Assembly: GCA_964354495.1 (NCBI GenBank)
Contig: CAYHAA010000004.1
Coordinates: forward strand, 60,001-92,000
Direction: 5' to 3'
Origin: an uncultured archaeon
GTDB lineage: Archaea > Asgardarchaeota > Thorarchaeia > Thorarchaeales > Thorarchaeaceae
DNA: 32,000 bases
Program-made: the position numbers and the translations under genes
Shown here: positions 24,024-32,000 of the stretch, piece by piece
How the letters are laid out: each line of letters opens with the position of its first letter
Numbering within the stretch: position 1 is the stretch's first letter
The notes under the pieces: generated by a model
Told to the model about the DNA's origin: nothing
What the model saw: only the letters and a program-made list of their open reading frames with translations
The model's database searches: none

Positions 24024-25213
24024 CAGTACCAAGAGAGAAGATTATTGTTGAAGGGCTGACTGGTGATGCTGCAATTGCACAAGCGCTCAGACAAGCAGAC
24101 CTTGATGTTCTTTCAGCATACCCGATTACTCCTCAAACCATCATTGTGGAGGACTACCAGAAGTTCGCGGCAGACGGACAAGTGAAAGCAAAGGTCATTC
24201 CTGTTGAGTCTGAGCACTCAGCAATGAGCGCATGCGTCGGAGCTTCTGCGGTTGGAGCACGGGTTGCGACAGCCTCAGCGTCCGCCGGACTAGCATTGAT
24301 GTGGGAAATACTCTACTGTGCAGCCTCAATGAGGATGCCAATCGTCTTCACAGTTGCAAACCGAGCCCTATCAGCACCTATCAATATTCACAATGACCAC
24401 AGTGATGGTATGGGAATGCGTGATAGCGGATTCATTCAACTCTACTGCCAGAGCTGTCAAGAAGCCTATGATACCACCCTGATGGCATTCAGGCTGGCAG
24501 AACACCATGATGTACTCCTACCAGTGATGGTAGGAATTGATGGCTTCATCGTGAGCCACAACGTCGAACGCGTAGAGATGCTACCTGATGACGAGGTGAC
24601 GAAGTTCGTCGGTGTGAGGGATCCAGTCCAGATACTCGACCCTGACAATCCGATTACCATGGGACCGCTGGCATTAACAGACTACTACTTCGAATTCAAG
24701 GAACAGCAGGACAAAGCAATACATAACGCGCCTAGGGTGTATAAGGAGGTCGAAGCTGAGTTCGAAAGACTCACTGGGCGCAAGTACGGGATGTTCGAGA
24801 CCTACAAGACGAGAGATGCAGATATCATCATCGTAGCCATGAGCTCGATGGGGGGAACCGCGAAAGTTGTCGCGGATGTTCTTCGTGAGAGAGGCGACAA
24901 GGTAGGCGTCATCCGACTCAAGATGTTCCGTCCCTTCCCGGCGAAAGAGATTGCAAAGGCGCTTGGAAACGCCAAGGCAGTGGCTATCTTTGAGAAGGCA
25001 ATGTCCTTTGGGGCAGCTACTCATCCACTAGCATTGGAGGTCAGGACAGCACTATATGAAGCGAAGAACCGCCCGATGATCACTGACTTCGTTGTAGGGC
25101 TAGGCGGCCGCGATGTCCCACCAATCACCTTTGTTGAGGGTATTGATAAGACAAAGGAGTACCTGAAGAAGGGCGAGGCTCCAATGTATGAAACACTGGG
25201 GGTGCGCAAGTAA
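24020..25213 (+). CDS. porA: Pyruvate/2-oxoacid:ferredoxin oxidoreductase alpha subunit
   Basis: AYPITPQT, ESEHSAMSAC, NRALSAPINIHNDHSD, FRPFP, GLGGRD. Confidence 0.96.
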   Translation: MTVPREKIIVEGLTGDAAIAQALRQADLDVLSAYPITPQTIIVEDYQKFAADGQVKAKVIPVESEHSAMSACVGASAVGARVATASASAGLALMWEILYCAASMRMPIVFTVANRALSAPINIHNDHSDGMGMRDSGFIQLYCQSCQEAYDTTLMAFRLAEHHDVLLPVMVGIDGFIVSHNVERVEMLPDDEVTKFVGVRDPVQILDPDNPITMGPLALTDYYFEFKEQQDKAIHNAPRVYKEVEAEFERLTGRKYGMFETYKTRDADIIIVAMSSMGGTAKVVADVLRERGDKVGVIRLKMFRPFPAKEIAKALGNAKAVAIFEKAMSFGAATHPLALEVRTALYEAKNRPMITDFVVGLGGRDVPPITFVEGIDKTKEYLKKGEAPMYETLGVRK

Positions 25214-26172
25214 TGGCAACAGAGAACAAACCAGCTGTGTCAATCAAGGAAATGCTCAAGAAACAACCAATCCTAACTTCGGGGCATCGAATGTGCGCAG
25301 GATGCGGTGCGCCCACCGTAATCAAGCTCATGGGAATGGCGCTTCGTGGCCCAACTATCGTGTGCAACAACACAGGTTGTCTTGAGGTCGCCACTACAAT
25401 CTATCCGTATACAGCATGGAAGATTCCATGGATACATGTGGCCTTTGAGAATGCCGCTGCAGTAGCCTCAGGTGTCATCGAGGCAACCAAGATCATGCAT
25501 GAAAAGGGACGCTTTAAGCATGAACATGTCGATGTCATAGCATTAGGAGGGGACGGTTCCTCCTTTGACATTGGTTTTGGGGCGATAAGCGGTGCGCTGG
25601 AACGAGGTCATGACATGGTATACATGTGCTATGACAACGGTGCGTATCAGAACACAGGAATCCAGAGATCGGGTGCTACATTCACAGGTCAAGAGACCAC
25701 AACCTCATGGGCAGGTAGTGCCATCCCAGGTAAGCTGGAGAGGAAGAAACCCCTTGCAGAGATCATGGCAGCACACAGGATTCCGTATGTGGCAACTGTC
25801 GAGCCTTCCAACTATCGTGACTTCATCACAAAGTTCCGGAAAGCGCTAGAGGTTGAGGGGCCCGCGTTCATCCATGCATTCTCTCCATGTCCGAGAGGCT
25901 GGAGGTCAGCAACACGTGAAACCATATCACTGTCAAAGCTGGCTGTTGAGACCGGACTTCATCCGCTCTATGAAGTCATCAATGGTGAGGAGTGGATCCT
26001 GTCAGGACCCAGCAAAAACCTCAAAGAATTGAAACCTGTAGATGAGTACTTCAAGACACAGGGCCAGTTCAAGCATCTATTCAAACCCGAATGGGCAGAC
26101 TTCAGAAAGAGCATCCAAGAAATGGTCACACATGATTGGGAACTCTTGAAGAAGCGCTGCGGTGTCCCGTAA
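25213..26172 (+). CDS. porB: Pyruvate/2-oxoacid:ferredoxin oxidoreductase beta subunit
   Basis: GHRMCAGCG, TGCLEV, AFENAAAVASG, GGDG..FDIG, YDNGAYQNTGIQRS, PCPRGW. Confidence 0.96.
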   Translation: MATENKPAVSIKEMLKKQPILTSGHRMCAGCGAPTVIKLMGMALRGPTIVCNNTGCLEVATTIYPYTAWKIPWIHVAFENAAAVASGVIEATKIMHEKGRFKHEHVDVIALGGDGSSFDIGFGAISGALERGHDMVYMCYDNGAYQNTGIQRSGATFTGQETTTSWAGSAIPGKLERKKPLAEIMAAHRIPYVATVEPSNYRDFITKFRKALEVEGPAFIHAFSPCPRGWRSATRETISLSKLAVETGLHPLYEVINGEEWILSGPSKNLKELKPVDEYFKTQGQFKHLFKPEWADFRKSIQEMVTHDWELLKKRCGVP

Positions 26173-26273
26173 TTCTAGCTTGTGGAGCGCACACGCGCTC
26201 CATCTCTCTTCTTTTGTCGATGGATATATCTGCGCCAGACCCTCTCTGTCTTTGATTCTTCAGAGGGATTCCA

Positions 26274-27515
26274 ATGAAGGCGATAATGTACAACCTCAAG
26301 ATCTCGACTGCAATTCGCAAGAAAATGATGTTAGCTGGAAAATACAGCATGATTAAGTTTCGTTCCGACTGGCCAGAGCCAACCATCAAATTCCCAAAAC
26401 AGGTGAAGGTTCAATCCACCCTAGCGGGCATATGCGCATCTGACATTCATCAGATTAACGTTGATCTCTCATATTCTGCGACCATTCTGGCAAGGAAAGA
26501 GAACCCGTTCCCATTGGGTCATGAGGTCGTCGGGATTGTTGAGGAAGTAGGAGCAGAGGTCACCGAACTGAAGATTGGCGACCGAGTATGTCATTCGCCT
26601 GTCGCATCATGTGAGGCATATGGTTTTGAATATTGCAGGAGCTGCAGAGAAGGTAGACCTGAGACCTGTCAAGCAATTGCAGGCATAGGCGACGATTCAG
26701 AAATGGAGCAGCAATATGGGGGCCGTCTGAATTTTGGCGGATTTGGCAGCGGAGCATTCAGTGAGCATTTCATCACCTACGAGAGGCAGCTGAGGAAAGT
26801 TCCAGAGGGAATTCCCGATGAGGTAGCAGTTCTAGCCGAACCTCTTGCTGTTGCTATCCACGCAGTCAAGAGAAGGCAACCATCGGACGACGACACTGTC
26901 CTTGTCTTGGGAGCTGGAATAATAGGACAAATGGTCGTTAAGGCCATTCGAGGCCTTGGGTCAAAATGCAGACTCATCGTGCTGGCGCGATATCAGTTTC
27001 AGGCAGATGCATCTAGACGTCTTGGCGCTGACGAAGTGATTCTTGATGCGAAGAAGGAAGTAGTCTATCAGAGGGTCGCAGATCTGACTGGGGCGCATCT
27101 TGTCAAACCTGCAATAGGCAAGAAAATCATCTTTGGAGGGTCTGGGCCGGACATCGTCATTGACAGCGTTGGTACTGACTCGACCATAGACGATGCTCTG
27201 CATCTTGTCAGGAACAACGGGACAATTATTATAGTAGGCATGGGTTTTGGAGTCACAAAGAAGACCGACTGGGTTCTAGGGATCTACAAAGAACTTGACA
27301 TTCTTGGTTCAATGATGCATGGAATTGAGGACGACAAAGGAAGGTCCATCGATACATTCGAGCTTGCCTTTGAATTGATGAAAGAAAATCCATCTTCTTT
27401 TGATGGACTAGTCACACACAGCTATGACATCGACCAATACAAGACTGCGTTTTCCACTTCATCAAGCAAGGGAAAGAACGGAGCAATCAAGGTGGCATTT
27501 CGTTTCAATGATTGA
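26274..27515 (+). CDS. Zn-dependent medium-chain dehydrogenase, long form
   Basis: GICASD, GHEVVG, Cys cluster SCEAYG...CRSC...C, GAGIIG. Confidence 0.9.
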   Translation: MKAIMYNLKISTAIRKKMMLAGKYSMIKFRSDWPEPTIKFPKQVKVQSTLAGICASDIHQINVDLSYSATILARKENPFPLGHEVVGIVEEVGAEVTELKIGDRVCHSPVASCEAYGFEYCRSCREGRPETCQAIAGIGDDSEMEQQYGGRLNFGGFGSGAFSEHFITYERQLRKVPEGIPDEVAVLAEPLAVAIHAVKRRQPSDDDTVLVLGAGIIGQMVVKAIRGLGSKCRLIVLARYQFQADASRRLGADEVILDAKKEVVYQRVADLTGAHLVKPAIGKKIIFGGSGPDIVIDSVGTDSTIDDALHLVRNNGTIIIVGMGFGVTKKTDWVLGIYKELDILGSMMHGIEDDKGRSIDTFELAFELMKENPSSFDGLVTHSYDIDQYKTAFSTSSSKGKNGAIKVAFRFND

Positions 27516-27612
27516 AGACTCTAGACTCTTCGATATGATTCATTACATCCTCCTGAGATCATCTTCCTAAGAACAGGAGGACTTATTCAGGAGGGAAGTA
27601 CTAAAATTCATA

Positions 27613-28425
27613 GTGACAGATAGGCTAGTCCTCGACATTGGTAGACCTCTCATCATGGCACATCGTGGAGAGTCTGGAAGCATTCCTGAGAATACTATGG
27701 CCGCTCTTGATTCAGCCATTGGAGTAGGTGTTGATGTTATCGAGTCTGATGTCCGATTGACGAAAGATAATCAGATTGTTCTCTTTCATGATGAAGACCT
27801 AGTACGTACAACAAGTGAGCATGGGACAGTCCGTTCGTACACACTTGATGAACTACTATTGTTTGATCTTGGCCATAACTTCACAACAGACAATGGAACG
27901 ACATTTCCATTCAGGGGGAAAGGATTCAGGATTATCACGCTGAAGGAAGCCTTTGAGAGATATCCACGTATGGTTTTCAACTTGGACATCAAAGACACAT
28001 TTCCATCGGCACCAGAAGAGCTGGCACGTCTCATATCAGATATGGACAGAAAGAACTTAGTGATGGTTGGATCGTTCCATAGTAGTCAACTAGAGCAGTT
28101 TCGGAAACTGGCACCTGATGTACCGACAAGCGCTCACCCGGGTGAAGTCAAGAGATTCTTGCTCAGAACAAAGATAGGACTTCCTCGAATTAGGAGCGAG
28201 AGTATCCAGTATCGAGCATTCCAAGTACCAATGAAATCAGAACCGATGACTATCGTGACAAAGAAGTTCATCAAGAAGGCACATGAACACAACATTGCAG
28301 TTCATGTCTGGACAATCAATGACGAGGCCACAATGGAGCGTCTGCTTGATCTCGGAGTCGATGGGATATTCACGGACCGCCCTTCAATTTTGAAGGGAGT
28401 GCTTCAGAAAAGAGGCTCTCTATAG
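27613..28425 (+). CDS. Glycerophosphodiester phosphodiesterase (GDPD)
   Basis: AHRG..G.IPENT, IESDVRLTKD, LFHD, VHVWTIND, GVDGIFTDRP. GTG start. Confidence 0.93.
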   Translation: MTDRLVLDIGRPLIMAHRGESGSIPENTMAALDSAIGVGVDVIESDVRLTKDNQIVLFHDEDLVRTTSEHGTVRSYTLDELLLFDLGHNFTTDNGTTFPFRGKGFRIITLKEAFERYPRMVFNLDIKDTFPSAPEELARLISDMDRKNLVMVGSFHSSQLEQFRKLAPDVPTSAHPGEVKRFLLRTKIGLPRIRSESIQYRAFQVPMKSEPMTIVTKKFIKKAHEHNIAVHVWTINDEATMERLLDLGVDGIFTDRPSILKGVLQKRGSL

Positions 28426-28571
28426 TGGCACCCATGGCGGACTCATACACTAGAATCCGGCTAGCCGAAATAGCTTAATATGTTTCAAGCGGGAGCCTGC
28501 AATAAGTCCAAGCCGGACTACTAGTAGTTTGGGACCGTGGACTAGAAAAATCAAACTGGAAGAAAGTATCA

Positions 28572-28709
28572 ATGACTTGTCCGGAATACAAAGCGTCCGA
28601 AGGGAAGTGTGGTGTTGATGGCTTCAAGTTTTATAGCGGCATGAATAAGCCCTGCGAGGTTCCTGGCATAACCAAGGCGAAGTGCCCGAGATTCGCTATG
28701 TCGAAGTAA
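28572..28709 (+). CDS. 45-aa four-cysteine microprotein (absent from the ORF track)
   Basis: Translated by hand: MTCPEYKASEGKCGVDGFKFYSGMNKPCEVPGITKAKCPRFAMSK*. It fills an otherwise empty gap and is followed by a hairpin. Confidence 0.65.
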   Translation: MTCPEYKASEGKCGVDGFKFYSGMNKPCEVPGITKAKCPRFAMSK

Positions 28710-28732
28710 TCCGCAACAAAGCTCAACAAGAG

Positions 28733-28752
28733 AGGGCAGCGAATGCAGCCCT
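28733..28752 (+). terminator. Hairpin downstream of the microprotein, between convergent genes
   Basis: AGGGCAGC-GAAT-GCAGCCCT (7 of 8 pairs). Confidence 0.35.
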
Positions 28753-28795
28753 AAAGCCTTTCTAATAGACCTAGTTTTCTCAACATGTGGAGAAT

Positions 28796-29544
28796 CTAAT
28801 TCTCAAGTGACCCACCAACAGTCCCAAGGCCATGATAAGAGATATCCAGCAGAGGCTGGCTTATGGATCTCGTGGTATAGATTGACGGTTCTGCCACTCC
28901 GCTGCTCGCAAGAAACCACCCTATCATTCATGTATATGTGAACATAGTTGCTGGGGGATCAAGAGGCGACCATTAGTTCCAAGGGGTAAATCAATGTCAA
29001 CGAACAGGTCAATATCAAGCGAGGTCGTCACATCCAACCCTGAGTCGGTGAAGGCCACATCCTCGGTGAAGGTGAAGTGTAGGTTGCCAATGCCGCTCAC
29101 AATGAACTCGTGTCCGGCCAGCACAGCCCCGTTGCCATAGACCACAGATACATTGACCGACCCTGAGACGTAGATGTCATACGACGCTCCATTCCCAAGC
29201 CTGATATCAATCAGCTCGATTCTATGACCGGAGCCCTCGCTCACACTCACAGCGAACTGGAGAAAGTCCTGTAGCGCCTGATAGTGGGCATAGTGATGGT
29301 TGCCCGGAGTATACTGCGTGACATCGACAGCATACATCAGGTCAGCGTCATCTACAAATGTAATCGTCACATTTGTGTCCACTAGCTCATCAAGGTCAAT
29401 GAACACATACCGAGTTTCGCCTGACGGGTACTGCTACTCATAGTGAAAGACAGTCTGCGTGGCTGGCAGTCCAACGAAGACCACCAGCACTCCGACTACC
29501 GTGATGAGTATGATGCCTGCTCCGACCACTCGTTTCGCAACCAT
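28796..29544 (-). pseudogene. Membrane-anchored beta-rich protein gene interrupted by an in-frame TAG and possibly a later frameshift
   Basis: ATG 29544 with GAGGTGA RBS gives MVAKRVVGAGIILITVVGVLVVFVGLPATQTVFHYE*(TAG 29436-29434)QYPSGETRYVFIDLDEL..., in frame with track ORF 28924-29406. A protein-like continuation in another frame runs to 28796. Confidence 0.6.
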
Positions 29545-30050
29545 GGCTGCTCACCTCACATATCTACACTGTATCATATATCCTCACCGCATGTTTCCTG
29601 TAAGGACTGGTATTCACATCACGAGCATTGCCATCTCAAGACTCAGTGTGACCGTTGAGAGGCTTCTGACCATCCTTGTGGCAGACTTCACACCAGCGAC
29701 ATCTCCAGCATCTAAGAATCGCATCTGCCTACCCGCGACTGCCCTCAGGGCGCCACTTGTCAGGACCGAGAGGGTCATTGCGGTGAGAAAAGCCTCTCCG
29801 CCTCCGATGGGACGCTCGCTCTTATCGAATCTGAGAACACTGTTTTTGAGTTTATTTTATAGTTGGAGCAGTGAGAAACAGCATTTGGCTATTCCATTCA
29901 GCATTATGGAAATAGATGATGGGTTAACTTGAGTCACACTATAACAGCAGATACCAGAAAAAAGCAGCAAACTCGTGACGCTTTGTGGACTAGGGAAAGT
30001 ATTATCTATTCCTTCACTTCGCCTGCAGGACTGAGCCGGTGATTCTAAGT

Positions 30051-30317
30051 ATGGTGAAGGCGTACATTCTGATCAAAGCCGACGTTGGACAGGAAGATAG
30101 TGTTCTCAGGGAGGTACTCAAACTCTCGGTTACAGAAGAGGCACACAAGGTCTTTGGGCCCTATGATATTGTCGCGGAAGTGCGAGGCCGTGACATGGAA
30201 ACCCTCGTGGAGGTAATCACCGAAAAGGTCCGCAAAATCAAAGGTATTGCAGACACACAGTCAATTCTCGTGGTAGACAGCGAGATAGATATGACCTCGA
30301 CGAGCTTGGCATCCTAG
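30051..30317 (+). CDS. Stand-alone Lrp/AsnC ligand-binding (RAM) domain protein
   Basis: VKAYILIKAD.G, VFGPYDIVAEV, KVRKIKGIADTQS; no HTH domain. ATG 30051. Confidence 0.9.
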   Translation: MVKAYILIKADVGQEDSVLREVLKLSVTEEAHKVFGPYDIVAEVRGRDMETLVEVITEKVRKIKGIADTQSILVVDSEIDMTSTSLAS

Positions 30318-30321
30318 AAGA

Positions 30322-30342
30322 ACTCGCAAAAGAAGAGCGAGT
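30322..30342 (+). terminator. Hairpin immediately after the RAM-domain gene
   Basis: ACTCGC-N9-GCGAGT, starting 5 nt after the stop codon. Confidence 0.3.
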
Positions 30343-30422
30343 CTGTCCAAGAATTTCTTAATAGCAGTGATTGCTAGGATGCTCTAGGGACAATACTATA
30401 TCTAAGGAGGCCCTGTTCTATA

Positions 30423-31217
30423 ATGAAGACCCTATCAAGGAAAGCGTTCATGCTGATGTTGCTCGATGATTCAGGGGAGGTCAGTCCAGTACCATTGGAT
30501 CCTGGACTAGTAAACAGCGATAATGCTGCAATCGTACTCGATGAATACAACGACACATGCTGGACGTGGATTGGCCGCCATGTCAGCATGCCAACCAGAA
30601 TGCATGCAATACGCATGGCGAGAGGAATCCAGAAGTCTGGATACAAGATCGGTGTGACCACTATTGGGCTTGCTTCTGGAAAGATTGTGGAAATGATGGA
30701 GAAGGATGACACTGACCCAGATGTCGCAAGCAACATCATGTCCTTCAGAAACACACTAGACCAAAGATGGAGCTTTGATGACAAGGTACTGGCCTACAAG
30801 AGGGAAGCATCAGCTGCACGTGAGAAGCCTATTGCTGGAGCTCCAACCAAGAAACGTGTTCCAGAAGCTGAACCTGTGGCAAGAGCTAAGCCCGTTAGAG
30901 AGGAAAAAGCAAGGCCACAGTATGTAACGCCAAGACCAGAACCTGCTCCTAGTTCAGCACCTGCACCATCAGTGACGTTGGCTGAGAAGAAAGCAGGATA
31001 TCTCATGATGGCCACAATCAAGAACTCAGACATAGTCTACACTGAAAGAATTGACCGAAGTGGAACACCCGGAATGAAGATCGAAGTTCCAGGAGTGATG
31101 GTGATTGAGGTTCTCATGAAAGACCATGAAATCAGTATCACACCAGGAGACTTTGGTGGTTCGGAAGTAGCTCTAAAGATTAAGTCTGATTTCATGAAGA
31201 TGGTCAAGACTCTATGA
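30423..31217 (+). CDS. Gelsolin-like domain, Pro/Ala/charged linker and unknown C-terminal domain (1DGelX-like)
   Basis: VNSDNAAIVLDEYNDTCWTWIGRHVSMPTRMHAIRMA matches the gelsolin L.S..v..LD.....(Y/W).W.G pattern, then a PEPAPSSAPAP linker and a compact alpha/beta domain. Confidence 0.65.
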   Translation: MKTLSRKAFMLMLLDDSGEVSPVPLDPGLVNSDNAAIVLDEYNDTCWTWIGRHVSMPTRMHAIRMARGIQKSGYKIGVTTIGLASGKIVEMMEKDDTDPDVASNIMSFRNTLDQRWSFDDKVLAYKREASAAREKPIAGAPTKKRVPEAEPVARAKPVREEKARPQYVTPRPEPAPSSAPAPSVTLAEKKAGYLMMATIKNSDIVYTERIDRSGTPGMKIEVPGVMVIEVLMKDHEISITPGDFGGSEVALKIKSDFMKMVKTL

Positions 31218-31253
31218 ATCTAGACTAGCAGAAAGTGCCGCAGGATGCCGGAA

Positions 31254-32000
31254 TCAACAGCTGCGGCATTCGCTTTCTTTTCCTTTAATTAGCTCTCGGT
31301 TCCAGTATCTATAGGCGCTCTTGAAACCCAGTTTTGTATAGAGACTCTTTGCCTCAGTATTACCTGTTTCGACCTGGAGATAGGCACGCTCAGCCCCGAA
31401 CTCCTGTGCCCATGTGCCCAATTCCCTGCTTATTGCGGTTGCAGCTCCTCTATTCCTCATGTCGGGAAGTGTAGCTACGCTGAACACACCCAACCAAGGG
31501 CCCTCAACAACTCCAAAGCCAACTGATGCAATGGCTCCATCTATTGAGGCCTTGGCGTAAGTGTGGGGTTGATTTGTTCTCTTCATGATTGCGAAGCGAG
31601 TAGTCATTGTTGAGGGCTCATGGCCTGATGCTATGCCGTAGGTATCAATCCACTCATCAGTCATCTCGGGGAGTGTTTCGGTTTCACATTCAGATCGAGC
31701 TCCAGCAAGCGTCGATAGGTCAGCGGTCCAGACATCTACTTGAAGGCCTACTGAAAATCCCCTCTGTGCCAACTCTTCGTCAAGTTCCCTCGGCTGACTT
31801 GCTTCGGTCATCTGAAAACTAGGAGTGAGGTCTCTACAAACATAGAACTCAACTGCTGAGTCAATGGCAAGAGAAAGTGGCAGACCGGGAAACTTCAGGG
31901 GTAGTACACTGTTTGCGCGTCTGGTCACCCCATGGTCGGCCCTCAGTAGCCAACCGCCCAGCCGCATCTTCTCCTCAGCCACCCAGGCATTGTGACTGAG
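31254..32000 (-). CDS. GNAT-family acetyltransferase (5' end outside window)
   Basis: Frame is open to the window edge (LSHNAWVAEE...GGWLLRA..GVTRRANSV). Acetyl-CoA motif VATLPDMRNRGAA, AYLQVETGN..A..LYTKLGF. Confidence 0.9.
   Translation of the reverse strand, partial: LSHNAWVAEEKMRLGGWLLRADHGVTRRANSVLPLKFPGLPLSLAIDSAVEFYVCRDLTPSFQMTEASQPRELDEELAQRGFSVGLQVDVWTADLSTLAGARSECETETLPEMTDEWIDTYGIASGHEPSTMTTRFAIMKRTNQPHTYAKASIDGAIASVGFGVVEGPWLGVFSVATLPDMRNRGAATAISRELGTWAQEFGAERAYLQVETGNTEAKSLYTKLGFKSAYRYWNRELIKGKESECRSC

Noticed and set aside
29590-29830. Resemblance to SRP RNA (UGUAA; CAGGACC-GAGA-GG), RNase P (GAGAAAAGCC) or a cobalamin riboswitch (ACUGCCC, GCCAC)
   Set aside because: Only isolated short motifs; the required flanking helices and conserved partners (AGCA loop, P4 3' strand, GGGAA) are absent.
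29459-29932. 157-aa plus-strand ORF (and 29443-29658)
   Set aside because: The composition is not protein-like, there is no RBS, and it overlaps antisense the RBS-supported start of the minus-strand gene at 29544.
1-32000. Selenoproteins, CRISPR arrays, tRNA/rRNA genes and IS elements
   Set aside because: The redox genes have ordinary Cys codons and are complete without UGA readthrough. I saw no regularly spaced repeats, cloverleafs or transposase/integrase motifs.

Overview
A gene-dense archaeal window, most likely from an Asgard archaeon (Thorarchaeia-like). This assignment is inferred from two gelsolin-domain proteins, a Rab-like GTPase, an Alba-like protein, a geranylgeranyl reductase, archaeal por/ior operons and GAGGTGA-type ribosome-binding sites. 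Metabolic content: the end of a 2-oxoacid/acetoin dehydrogenase cluster (E1-beta, E2) followed by lipoate ligase and an AhpD/CMD protein, iorAB, porCDAB, two Zn-dependent dehydrogenases, GDPD, a DHH phosphoesterase, a NitT/TauT-type ABC transporter, a RAM-domain protein and a GNAT. Highlights: (1) a 771-aa fusion of a 7-bladed FG-GAP-like beta-propeller, an Ig-like sandwich, a linker and an intact Rab-like GTPase; (2) a GC-rich, highly structured candidate ncRNA of about 130 nt on the minus strand at 10942-11070, with a TATA-like box at about -30; (3) a Hef/FANCM-like helicase with degenerate catalytic motifs, converging on a protein with four PC4/PUR-like repeats; (4) an unannotated 45-aa four-cysteine microprotein; (5) a membrane-anchored protein gene interrupted by an in-frame amber codon. 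I saw no rRNA, tRNA, CRISPR array or recognisable mobile element. All family assignments come from reading motifs by eye; no searches were run.
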